Shown piece after piece: positions 40,362 to 48,854 of a stretch of DNA of 58,728 nucleotides. The position numbers were made by a program, and so were the translations under genes. This DNA is from Pseudoxanthomonas sp. (GTDB taxonomy: Bacteria; Pseudomonadota; Gammaproteobacteria; Xanthomonadales; Xanthomonadaceae): NCBI GenBank assembly GCA_047606785.1, contig JASGEB010000089.1:1-58728 (forward strand), written 5' to 3'. The notes under the pieces were generated by a model that saw only the letters and a program-made list of their open reading frames with translations, had not been told where the DNA came from and searched no databases. How positions within the stretch are numbered: the stretch's first letter is position 1; each line of letters starts with the position of its first letter.

Positions 40362-42272
40362 ATGTCCGTCCTGCGTTCGCTTGTCCTTACGCTCGCCTGC
40401 GTCGCCTGCCTGTCCAGCGCCTTCGCCCAGACCGCGCCGATGACGCCCGACATCGGCGACCAGCCGTTCGTCGCGCCGACCGCGGCCAACGACTACGTCA
40501 AGCGCGAGGTGATGATCCCGATGCGCGACGGGGTGAAGCTGCATACGGTCATCGTCGTGCCCAAGGGCGCCAGGCACGCGCCGATCCTGCTCACCCGCAC
40601 GCCCTACGACGCCAGCGGCCGCGCCGCGCGCAGCGTGTCCACCCGCATGCGCGACATGCTGCCGCAGGGCGACGACGTGTTCGTCGAGGGCGGCTACATC
40701 CGCGTGTTCCAGGACGTGCGCGGCAAGTACGGCTCGGAAGGCGACTACGTGATGACCCGGCCGCTGCGCGGGCCGCTCAATCCCACCCCGGTGGACCATT
40801 CCACCGACGCCTGGGACACCATCGACTGGCTGGTGAAGAACGTCCCCGAGTCCAACGGCAAGGTCGGCATGATCGGCTCGTCCTACGAGGGCTTCACCGT
40901 GGTGATGGCGCTGGTGAACCCGCATCCGGCGCTGAAGGTGGCCGCGCCGGAAAGCCCGATGGTGGACGGCTGGATGGGCGACGACTGGTTCAACGACGGC
41001 GCCTTCCGCCAGGTCAACTTCGGCTACTTCCTCGGCCAGACCACCGCGCGCGGCAAGGGCGCCACCCTGCCGGGCGGCGGCGACGACTACGCGCGTCTGC
41101 TGGCGGCCGGCTCGGCCGGCGACTTCGCCCGCCAGAACGGCATCGACCAGCTGAGCTGGTGGCGCAAGCTGAGCGAGCACCCGGCCTACGACGCTTTCTG
41201 GCAGGCGCAGGCGCTGGACAAGGTCATGGCGAAGACGCCGCTGAAGGTGCCGACAATGTGGCTGCAGGGCCTGTGGGACCAGGAAGACATGTACGGCGCC
41301 AACCACAGCTACGCGGCCATGGAGGCGCGCGACGCCGGCAATACCCGCAACTACCTGGTGATGGGCCCGTGGCGGCACAGCCAGGTCAACTATTCGGGCG
41401 ACCACCTGGGCGCGCTGCAGTTCGAGGGCGACACCGCCGCGCAGTTCCGCCGCGAGGTGCTCAAGCCGTTCTTCGACCAGTACCTGGTCGACGGAGCGCC
41501 CAAGGTCGACACCCCGCCGGTGCTGATCTACAACACCGGCGAGAACCACTGGGACCGCCTGCAGGCCTGGCCGCGCAGCTGCGAACGCGGCTGCCCGGCC
41601 AAACCGAAGCCGCTGTACCTGGGCGCGGACGGCACGCTGTCCTTCGACGCGCCCAAAGCGGGGCAGGGCGACTATGCCGAATACGTGTCCGACCCGGCCA
41701 AGCCGGTGCCGTTCGCGCCGCGGCCGGTGAGCTTCAACGATCGCGACATGTGGACCACCTGGCTGGTCAAGGACCAGCGCTTCGTCGACGGCCGCCCGGA
41801 CGTGCTGACATTCGTCACGCCGCCGCTGGAGGCACCGCTGAGCATCGCCGGCGTGCCCGAGGTGCGCCTGCAGGCCTCCACCAGCGGCACCGACAGCGAC
41901 TGGGTGGTCAAGCTGATCGACGTCTATCCTGAGGAGAATGCCGATACGCCGGCGATGGCCGGCTACGAACTGCCGGTGGCGCTGGCGATCTTCCGCGGCC
42001 GCTACCGCGAAGGCTTCGACACCCCCAAGCCGCTGGCCGTCGACCAGCCGCTGGCGTACCGCTTCGACCTGCCCAACGCCAACCACACCTTCCAGAAGGG
42101 ACACCGGATCATGGTGCAGGTGCAGTCCAGCCTGTTCCCGCTGTACGACCGCAACCCGCAGACCTTCGTGCCGAACATCTTCTTCGCCAAGCCCGGCGAC
42201 TACCGCAAGGCCACCCAGCGCGTATGGACCACGCCTCAGCAACCCAGCTTCATCGAACTGCCGGTGCGCTGA
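40362..42272 (+). CDS. alpha-amino acid ester hydrolase (CocE/NonD family)
   Basis: IPMRDGVKL, RTPY, QDVRG, GSSYEG, GPWRHS. Confidence 0.92.
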   Translation: MSVLRSLVLTLACVACLSSAFAQTAPMTPDIGDQPFVAPTAANDYVKREVMIPMRDGVKLHTVIVVPKGARHAPILLTRTPYDASGRAARSVSTRMRDMLPQGDDVFVEGGYIRVFQDVRGKYGSEGDYVMTRPLRGPLNPTPVDHSTDAWDTIDWLVKNVPESNGKVGMIGSSYEGFTVVMALVNPHPALKVAAPESPMVDGWMGDDWFNDGAFRQVNFGYFLGQTTARGKGATLPGGGDDYARLLAAGSAGDFARQNGIDQLSWWRKLSEHPAYDAFWQAQALDKVMAKTPLKVPTMWLQGLWDQEDMYGANHSYAAMEARDAGNTRNYLVMGPWRHSQVNYSGDHLGALQFEGDTAAQFRREVLKPFFDQYLVDGAPKVDTPPVLIYNTGENHWDRLQAWPRSCERGCPAKPKPLYLGADGTLSFDAPKAGQGDYAEYVSDPAKPVPFAPRPVSFNDRDMWTTWLVKDQRFVDGRPDVLTFVTPPLEAPLSIAGVPEVRLQASTSGTDSDWVVKLIDVYPEENADTPAMAGYELPVALAIFRGRYREGFDTPKPLAVDQPLAYRFDLPNANHTFQKGHRIMVQVQSSLFPLYDRNPQTFVPNIFFAKPGDYRKATQRVWTTPQQPSFIELPVR

Positions 42273-42384
42273 AGCCAATTGCACCGAAGCGGGAGGCGAC
42301 TCGCTTGCCGCGCCGTCCATGCGTTGGTAGCCGCACGCCATTAGGGTATGGCGAGGGTGCATGAAAAAACCCCGCCGCGGCGAG

Positions 42385-42738
42385 TCAACCGGCGCGGGTT
42401 CCGAAGGCCCGTTGGTGCCAGTCGGCAAGTTCGACGATGACGACCTTCACGGGCTGACGTTGGCGGGCATCGCGGCGTGCCGCGTTGCGGGCGCGTGCGC
42501 TGTCTCGCAGGTCGCGGGCTTCGGTCGACCATAGCAGCCCGCGCAAGCGGCGTTCCGGGATGCGTTCGCCGCCTGGGCCGATGAGATCTCGTCCGGCCAG
42601 CCGCCAGCCGGCCCAAGGTCCGGTGAGGTGGACGTGGTTGCGCAGGTGCTGGTCGGCATGCGCCTGGGCGCAGGTGTTGGGGCAAGGCTGGCCGGCCGGC
42701 CAGCACGGCGGGCGGCGGTCGAGGTCGAAGGTATCCAT
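42385..42738 (-). CDS. DUF3653-like filamentous-phage protein (prophage remnant)
   Basis: LTGPWAGWRLAGRDLIGPGGERI motif; starts 22 bp from the dif-derived site. Confidence 0.7.
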   Translation of the reverse strand: MDTFDLDRRPPCWPAGQPCPNTCAQAHADQHLRNHVHLTGPWAGWRLAGRDLIGPGGERIPERRLRGLLWSTEARDLRDSARARNAARRDARQRQPVKVVIVELADWHQRAFGTRAG

Positions 42739-42759
42739 CCCACCGCGTCACCCTGCGAA

Positions 42760-42787
42760 ACTTCGCATAATGCATCTCAAGGCCGCG
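42760..42787 (+). other. dif-derived attL (XerC arm + core, degenerate XerD arm)
   Basis: ACTTCGCATAA-TGCATC-TCAAGGCCGCG; 19 bp (42759-42777) identical to 44280-44298. Confidence 0.85.
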
Positions 42788-43470
42788 TGAGACGGGGCCG
42801 GAGGGTGGGCAAGCGCGGCAAGGTGCCGCGTCGGAGCGTGATTGCGCCGGAGGATTTCGTAGAACTGCGGCGTTCGACGGGGCTTACGCGCGTGCAGGCG
42901 GCCGACTTGCTGGGGGTGTCGCTGCGTACTGTGGGCCACTGGGAGACGGGCAGGGCGCGGGTCGGATACGCCGCTTTCAAGCTGCTGCGCGTCTGCCGCC
43001 TGGGCGACCTGGTGCACCCGGACTGGCATGCCTGGTGCATCAACCGCCGCGGCAAGCTGGTGACGCCGGAGGGGCACGAGATCGGGCCGACGGATGGTGC
43101 CTGGTGGTCGCTTCTGGTCCGGCGGGCGCACCTGGCGAGCGAACTGCGAGCCGAGCGGGAACGGCTCTTGGCCGAGCTTGCGCAGGCGCGGGCAGCGGTG
43201 GTCGGCGGTCCTGGGCTTGTCAATACAGGAACAACGCATACAGAATGCCCGCCAGCGGCACCGGTGGGCGAGCAAAGCCTTGCGCCGCAAGGGTTTCCGG
43301 GCGTGTGTGCTGGTGTGGTAGTTGACCAGTTTTCCCCGGCCTACCCCAGGAAAAGCACCCAAGAATGGGGCCAGGATGGGGCCATAGTGGGAAGGTGGGC
43401 GGGGGTGCCGTGGGGCCCGAGTAGTAACACGGGCCAAAAGGTCGGGGCAGTGACCGGGGGTGCCCCATGA
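42787..43470 (+). CDS. XafT/VC1465-like Xer activation factor (HTH + DUF3653); true N-terminus probably lies across att
   Basis: [29 protein letters not shown] (HTH), [24 protein letters not shown]. Confidence 0.72.
   Translation: MRRGRRVGKRGKVPRRSVIAPEDFVELRRSTGLTRVQAADLLGVSLRTVGHWETGRARVGYAAFKLLRVCRLGDLVHPDWHAWCINRRGKLVTPEGHEIGPTDGAWWSLLVRRAHLASELRAERERLLAELAQARAAVVGGPGLVNTGTTHTECPPAAPVGEQSLAPQGFPGVCAGVVVDQFSPAYPRKSTQEWGQDGAIVGRWAGVPWGPSSNTGQKVGAVTGGAP
43414..43435 (+). other. putative Rep_trans-type rolling-circle nick-site hairpin
   Basis: GGCCCG-AGTAGTAACA-CGGGCC. Confidence 0.55.
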
Positions 43471-43727
43471 GCCGCCGGGAGCGCAGGCAGTGGCGGCGGA
43501 TGTGGGGGAGTCGCCAAGTGGGGGTGGGCGACATCAAGGCTCTACAGGCGATGCAGGAGGCGTGCCGGGAGTTGATCGCCAAGGCCAGCGCGATCGATTG
43601 GACGTCGGAGGGCGTGCATGTGGCGGCGGTGGCGACGTCGGTGATTGCCGGCCTGGAGGCCGAGCGGGTCCGCTGTGGGCACCTGCTGGCGCTGCTGGAG
43701 CGCACCGCGCCGGGGTGGCGTCCGTGA
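43467..43727 (+). CDS. hypothetical protein (86 aa)
   Basis: ATGA overlap with upstream gene, GTGA overlap with downstream gene. Confidence 0.65.
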   Translation: MSRRERRQWRRMWGSRQVGVGDIKALQAMQEACRELIAKASAIDWTSEGVHVAAVATSVIAGLEAERVRCGHLLALLERTAPGWRP

Positions 43728-44068
43728 GTACGCTTAATCTGCGGCTCGCTGACGCGCTCAAGGCCGAAGCGATGGCCTACGCCGGGGACCTGGGCATTTC
43801 GCTGAATGCGCTGGTGGCCGTGGCCGTGCGCGACTATCTCGACGTTCGCAAGCGGGGGGTTGTGCCGGCGCGGGCGCTGGCGCTTGAGGCGCAAGCCTTG
43901 AGCGCCAAGCCGGCGCCGGCACGGCCGGCGCGTGCGCGCGCCGAGCCGGTCGCATCGGCGCCGGTCAAAGCCCATGCGGCGCTGCCGGTCGCCAAGGTCG
44001 GCCGAAACGAGCCTTGCCCGTGCGGCAGCGGCCGGAAGTACAAGCAATGCCACGGGGGGCGGCCGTGA
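43724..44068 (+). CDS. ribbon-helix-helix-like protein with C-terminal SEC-C motif
   Basis: [14 protein letters not shown]...GISLNALV; [20 protein letters not shown]. Confidence 0.78.
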   Translation: MSTLNLRLADALKAEAMAYAGDLGISLNALVAVAVRDYLDVRKRGVVPARALALEAQALSAKPAPARPARARAEPVASAPVKAHAALPVAKVGRNEPCPCGSGRKYKQCHGGRP

Positions 44069-44280
44069 GCGGGTGCAGGGCCGCCGGCCCTGCGGTGACG
44101 GCGCAGGGATGCGCCGCTGTGCGGTCAGCGGTGGGACCCGCGCCGACGATGGCGCCGGCCATGCGGCACGCCCGTCCTGTCGACCCGCTTTTTCTTCGGC
44201 CCGACGCGGCAGGAATTGCCGTGGTCGGGAATCTCAACGACACTCAAACCCTTGAGGGGGCTGGAATGACCGCATCAACA

Positions 44281-44308
44281 ACTTCGCATAATGCATCTTA
44301 TGTAATAT
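44281..44308 (+). other. dif: chromosomal dif site (attR)
   Basis: ACTTCGCATAA-TGCATC-TTATGTAATAT versus E. coli GGTGCGCATAA-TGTATA-TTATGTTAAAT; KOPS converge here. Confidence 0.88.
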
Positions 44309-44629
44309 CTCTATTCCAACGCCCGTAGCGCAAGTGGATTTGATCATGCTGACGAATCGCAGTGCGAGCAGGCGGGCCACACCCCATGCAGGGCCGACTG
44401 CACGTGCCCTGCCCGCGTTCGGCTCTGGAACCGCTTGTGGCTGTGACCGTCGTGTGTCAGCGCTTGCCGGTAGCTGGAAGGCCACGAAGTTGCCTTGCCA
44501 TCGAAGGGTGATTCACTGTCAGTTTCGGGCGATGGGACACGGCCCGGCGCTGGGCCTGGCCGGCTCCAGCTGATATTTTCGCCGCTGGCTTGCCACGGCC
44601 GGCGCCAACGTCATCCATGGAGATCCTGC

Positions 44630-45709
44630 ATGCGTGGAACGAGTTCCTTCGCCGAGGAAGGCGAGCCCAAGGAGAGTAGTCTGGCCACCCGTCTGGCCGA
44701 ATCCGGCAAGTTGCCCGACCCGCTGTTGCGTCTGACCATCCGCCGCATGTGCGCGCAACGCCTGAGGGACGAGCGCAAGGGCGGCGCCGAGGCAGTGTTC
44801 GCCCGCCAGCAGGCCTGGCTGGAGGGCCTGCGCTCGGACACCGCGGCCGTGCAGCCAATCGCCGGCGGCGGGCGTTCGCAGCAGGAACTGCCGCAGGAAT
44901 TCTTCCGCCTGTGCCTGGGCAAGCACCTCAAGTACACCGCATGTTGCTGGGACGACATCACCCGCGACCTGACCCAGGCCGAGGAGAAGACGCTGCGGCT
45001 GTACTGCGAACGCGCCGAGCTCCACGACGGCCTGAGCATCCTCGACCTGGGCTGCGGCTGGGGCTCGCTGACGCTGTGGATGGCCGAGCGCTACCCGCAG
45101 GCGAAGATCACCGCGGTGTGTACCTCGCGCCTGCACAAGCAGTACATCGAGGAGCGCTGCCGCGAACGGGCCCTGTTCAACGTACTGGTGGTGCACGGAG
45201 ACATCCGTCGGATGGCGCTGGCCGAAGGTGCCTTCGACCGCGTGCTGGCGGTGGAGATGTTCGAGCACATGGGCAATTACCGGCAGGTGATGTCGCGCAT
45301 CGCCGGCTGGCTCGCGCCCGCCGGCAAGCTGTTCGTGCAGCTGTTCTGCCACCGCGAGCTGCTGTACCTGTTCGAGGGCCAGGGCGTGGACCAGTGGATG
45401 GGCCGGCACTTCTTCACCGGCGGGGTCATGCCCTCGGCCGATACGCTGATGGCCCTGCAGGACCACCTGCAGGTGCAGGAGCGCTGGCTGTTGCCAGGCA
45501 CCCATTACGAGAAGACCGCCAACGCCTGGCTGGCCAACCTCGAGCGCAACCGCGAGAAAGTGATGGCCGTGCTGCGCCAGACCTACGGCGTGCACGACGC
45601 CGGGGTGTGGTACCAGCGCCTGCGGTTGTTCTGGATGTCCTGCGCGGGGCTGTTCGGCTTCGCCAACGGCAGCGAGTGGATGGTCGCCCACTACGTGTTC
45701 CGCAAGTAG
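44630..45709 (+). CDS. SAM-dependent methyltransferase (cyclopropane fatty-acid synthase/CNMT-like)
   Basis: LGKHLKY, ILDLGCGWGSL, VEMFEHM, HFFTGGVMP; GGAG RBS. Confidence 0.88.
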   Translation: MRGTSSFAEEGEPKESSLATRLAESGKLPDPLLRLTIRRMCAQRLRDERKGGAEAVFARQQAWLEGLRSDTAAVQPIAGGGRSQQELPQEFFRLCLGKHLKYTACCWDDITRDLTQAEEKTLRLYCERAELHDGLSILDLGCGWGSLTLWMAERYPQAKITAVCTSRLHKQYIEERCRERALFNVLVVHGDIRRMALAEGAFDRVLAVEMFEHMGNYRQVMSRIAGWLAPAGKLFVQLFCHRELLYLFEGQGVDQWMGRHFFTGGVMPSADTLMALQDHLQVQERWLLPGTHYEKTANAWLANLERNREKVMAVLRQTYGVHDAGVWYQRLRLFWMSCAGLFGFANGSEWMVAHYVFRK

Positions 45710-45821
45710 GGGTCGGTACATACCCCATTGGAGGCAGTATGACGCGGCATCATGGCGAAGCAGACGGCGGAGCGATACCCGCAGCGAGCGACACGCTACT
45801 CTCAACTTCATGGAGAAGCCC

Positions 45822-46718
45822 ATGCGTCCGATTTCGGCGATTGCAGCCTCGTGTCTACTGCTCAGTACCCATGCCGGATCATCCGTCCCGCTGACCCCGG
45901 CCGGGAACGGCCATCTGGCCGTGCCGGCGTTCGTCAACGGCAAAGGGACTGTTCCCTTCATCCTCGATACCGGTGCGGACGGATCGTATGTCTATGAATG
46001 GTTCGCCAAACAACAGGGTTTGAAACCGGGCGTGCCGATCAGCGTGGAAGGCATGACCGGCGCGTCGATGATGTCGACCTACCGTCTTGATAGCGTTGCC
46101 GTCGACGGTCGCACGATCCGCAACGTCGACGTCACCGGCCTGCCGGATCGCAAGGATGCCGAGATCGTCGCCGGGGTGACGGGCAACGATCTGATGGACG
46201 GCGCGATCGCGATCTTCGACTTTCCGTGCAGGGCGGTCACGCTGCTGCCGAAACCCGTATTGATGCGCCGCATCCTTACGAAAGACGCGGTGATGATCCA
46301 GGGCGGGACTGTCATCGACGGAACGCAGCTGACGCTACCTGTCACTGTCAACGGCGCGGCGGGGATCGCCGTACTCGACACAGGCTCGCGCGGGACACAG
46401 ATCAACACGGCGTTCGCGCGCGCCGCTCATCTCGATGTCGATGGCCCGTCCTTCCGCCCCGGTGAGACGCTTTATGGCGCGGCATCAAAGGCGGAGGAAA
46501 CGCGCGAAGGCACGGTCAAAGAGGTGTCGTTTGCAGGTCGCAGCGTGAACCGTCTTACCGTTCGAGTGACCGATTTGCCGGTGTTCAGAAGTTTTGGGTT
46601 TGGCGAGGGGCCAGCGATGATCCTGGGCATCAACGCTATGATGGGACAGCGCCTGATCTACGATCACCAAGCAAAGCGGTTCTGGTTCGATGACTCTCGA
46701 TGCAAAGCTACCGAGTAA
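45822..46718 (+). CDS. secreted aspartyl protease with two retropepsin-like domains
   Basis: FILDTGA and AVLDTGS motifs, ILG; visibly lower GC. Confidence 0.82.
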   Translation: MRPISAIAASCLLLSTHAGSSVPLTPAGNGHLAVPAFVNGKGTVPFILDTGADGSYVYEWFAKQQGLKPGVPISVEGMTGASMMSTYRLDSVAVDGRTIRNVDVTGLPDRKDAEIVAGVTGNDLMDGAIAIFDFPCRAVTLLPKPVLMRRILTKDAVMIQGGTVIDGTQLTLPVTVNGAAGIAVLDTGSRGTQINTAFARAAHLDVDGPSFRPGETLYGAASKAEETREGTVKEVSFAGRSVNRLTVRVTDLPVFRSFGFGEGPAMILGINAMMGQRLIYDHQAKRFWFDDSRCKATE

Positions 46719-46844
46719 ACCAGATACTCTACGATCTGCACGGCCGGAGCTTTCCCGATTGGGAACCCGTCATGGGATCGGCGTCCGATGAGCTGCCTCG
46801 CTGCAAACCAAACCTTGTGGTCGTGGCCGATCATCGATCTCCGC

Positions 46845-47225
46845 TCAGGATTTGATCCACGCCACCGTGGCGATGCCGGCGAAGGTCATCAGCACCGAGC
46901 CGGCGACGTGGATGGCGATCGCGCCTAGCGCCCAGCTCACCTGCCCGCGCTGCAGCAGGCCGGTGACTTCCGCCGAGAACGTGGAAAAGGTGGACAGGCC
47001 GCCGCAGAAGCCGGTGATCACCAGCAGGCGCCATTCCGGCGAGAGCTGCGGGGCCTGGGCGAAGAAGGCGATGGCCAAGCCGATCACGTAGCCGGCGATC
47101 ATGTTGGCCACCAGCGTGCCCGGCGGCACGGCGGCGAACAGGGCGTTCAGGCGCAGGCCGAGGAACCAGCGCAACAGGCCTCCGAGGATGGAGCCGATGG
47201 CGATGGCGACGACGGGTTTCCACAC
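46845..47225 (-). CDS. crcB: fluoride channel FluC/CrcB
   Basis: [25 protein letters not shown]. Confidence 0.95.
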   Translation of the reverse strand: MWKPVVAIAIGSILGGLLRWFLGLRLNALFAAVPPGTLVANMIAGYVIGLAIAFFAQAPQLSPEWRLLVITGFCGGLSTFSTFSAEVTGLLQRGQVSWALGAIAIHVAGSVLMTFAGIATVAWIKS

Positions 47226-47293
47226 GGCGCGGTCCTCTTGGGGTGGATCGACCCGGACGATCGCGCACGCCTGCGCGGCCGTCCGGCCAGGGC

Positions 47294-47349
47294 GCAGGCA
47301 TCATCAGCCGCACGCGTGCGGCGGTTCAAGGAGGAATGCCATCTCCTTT
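47294..47349 (-). promoter_or_regulatory. fluoride (crcB) riboswitch
   Basis: Minus strand GGAGATGGCATTCCTCC..AACCGCCGCACGCGTGCGGCTGATGATGCCTGC upstream of crcB. Confidence 0.93.
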
Positions 47350-47445
47350 GAGAAAAGTCCTGGACATGCCCTGCCCCGCCGGTTGCGGAAGGAGCCGCCG
47401 GATCGTGTGGGACGACGGCGGATCCTGGACTTCCCTGGCGCGCAA

Positions 47446-48819
47446 TTATGCGGACGCTTCGCCCTCTCTGCCAGCCCGGGCCCGCGCCTTGGCCTGGCGC
47501 AGCCGGTCCAGTTTCTCCTTGAGCTTGAGCTCCAGCCCGCGTGGCACCGGCTCGTACAGCACCTGCTCGCCGAGCGCATCGGGAAAACCGGTCTGGTCCA
47601 GGGCGATGCCGCCCTCGACGTCGTGGTCGTACTGGTAGTCGGCGCCGTAGCCGAGATTCTTCATCAGCCGGGTCGGCGCGTTGCGCAGGTGCAGCGGCAC
47701 TTCCTGGGTGCCGCTGCGCGCCACTTCCTCGCGCGCCCGGTTGTAGGCCGCGTAGCCGGCGTTGGACTTGGCGGTGGCGGCCAGGTACAGCACCAGCTGG
47801 GCCAGCGCCAGTTCGCCCTCCGGCGTGCCCAGACGCTCGTAGATGTCCCAGGCTTCCAGCGCCATCTGCTGCGCGCGCGGATCGGCCAGGCCGATGTCCT
47901 CGATCGCCATGCGGGTGAGCCGGCGCGCCAGGTAGCTGCGGTCGCAGCCGCCGTCGAGCATGCGCACCAGCCAGTACAGCGCCGCGTCCGGGTTGGAACT
48001 GCGCACGCACTTGTGCAGGGCCGAGATCTGGTCGTAGAACTGCTCACCGCCCTTGTCGAAGCGGCGGGTGCGGTCGGCCAGCACCTGCGCCAGGGTGGCC
48101 GGCGTGACCTGACCGCCCTCGCCCTGCGCCAGCTCGGCGGCGATCTCCAGCAGGGTCAGGGCGCGGCGCACGTCGCCGTCGGCGGCGCTGGCGATCTCGC
48201 TCAGGGCCTGCTCGGAGACCGCCACGCCCTGCCCTCCCAGGCCACGCTCGCCGTCCTCCAGCGCGCGCCGCAGGGCGAGCGCGATGTCGGCCGGGGATAC
48301 CGCTTCCATCACGTGCACGCGGCAGCGCGAGAGCAGCGCCGAGTTCAGTTCGAACGAGGGGTTCTCGGTGGTCGCGCCGACGAAGAGGATGGTGCCGCGC
48401 TCGATGTGCGGCAGGAAGGCGTCCTGCTGGGCCTTGTTGAAGCGGTGCACCTCGTCGACGAACAGCACCGTGCGCCGCCCCTCGGCGAAGCGCTGCGCCG
48501 CCTCGGCCAGCACCTGGCGCACCTCCGGCAGGCCGGACAGCACCGCCGAGACGGCGCGGAACTCGGCGTCGGCGTAGCGCGCCAGCAACAGCGCCAGGGT
48601 GGTCTTGCCGCAACCCGGCGGCCCCCACAGGATCATCGAGTGCACGTGCCCGGATTCGACCGCGCGCCGCAGCGCGCTGCCCGGCGCCAGCAGGCGCTGC
48701 TGGCCGACCATGTCGTCGAGCGTGCGCGGGCGCATGCGCTCGGCCAACGGCTGCAGGGCGCTGCGATCGACGCTCAGCAGATCGTCGGCGGGAAGCGGAG
48801 GAGTACGGGAGCGAGCCAC
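47446..48819 (-). CDS. rarA: replication-associated recombination protein A
   Basis: PLAERMRP, GPPGCGKTT, DEVHRFNKAQQD, EDIGLADP. Confidence 0.96.
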   Translation of the reverse strand: MARSRTPPLPADDLLSVDRSALQPLAERMRPRTLDDMVGQQRLLAPGSALRRAVESGHVHSMILWGPPGCGKTTLALLLARYADAEFRAVSAVLSGLPEVRQVLAEAAQRFAEGRRTVLFVDEVHRFNKAQQDAFLPHIERGTILFVGATTENPSFELNSALLSRCRVHVMEAVSPADIALALRRALEDGERGLGGQGVAVSEQALSEIASAADGDVRRALTLLEIAAELAQGEGGQVTPATLAQVLADRTRRFDKGGEQFYDQISALHKCVRSSNPDAALYWLVRMLDGGCDRSYLARRLTRMAIEDIGLADPRAQQMALEAWDIYERLGTPEGELALAQLVLYLAATAKSNAGYAAYNRAREEVARSGTQEVPLHLRNAPTRLMKNLGYGADYQYDHDVEGGIALDQTGFPDALGEQVLYEPVPRGLELKLKEKLDRLRQAKARARAGREGEASA

Positions 48820-48854
48820 CCAATCATTCTAGTGTCGCCTGCCCCGCCCTGCCC

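Larger units (their letters stand above)
42760..44308 (+). mobile_element. TLC-like Xer-integrated satellite element (IMEX), 1521-bp circle
   Basis: Flanked by direct dif-derived repeats; XafT-like gene and two coupled genes; no integrase or Rep. Confidence 0.8.

Noticed and set aside
43460-44068. secA fragment, or a single 202-aa gene
   Set aside because: Only the SEC-C motif matches; the 5' part overlaps the 86-aa gene, so GTG 43724 is the better start
42385-44308. Complete filamentous prophage
   Set aside because: No Zot/pI, coat, ssDNA-binding or Rep genes are present
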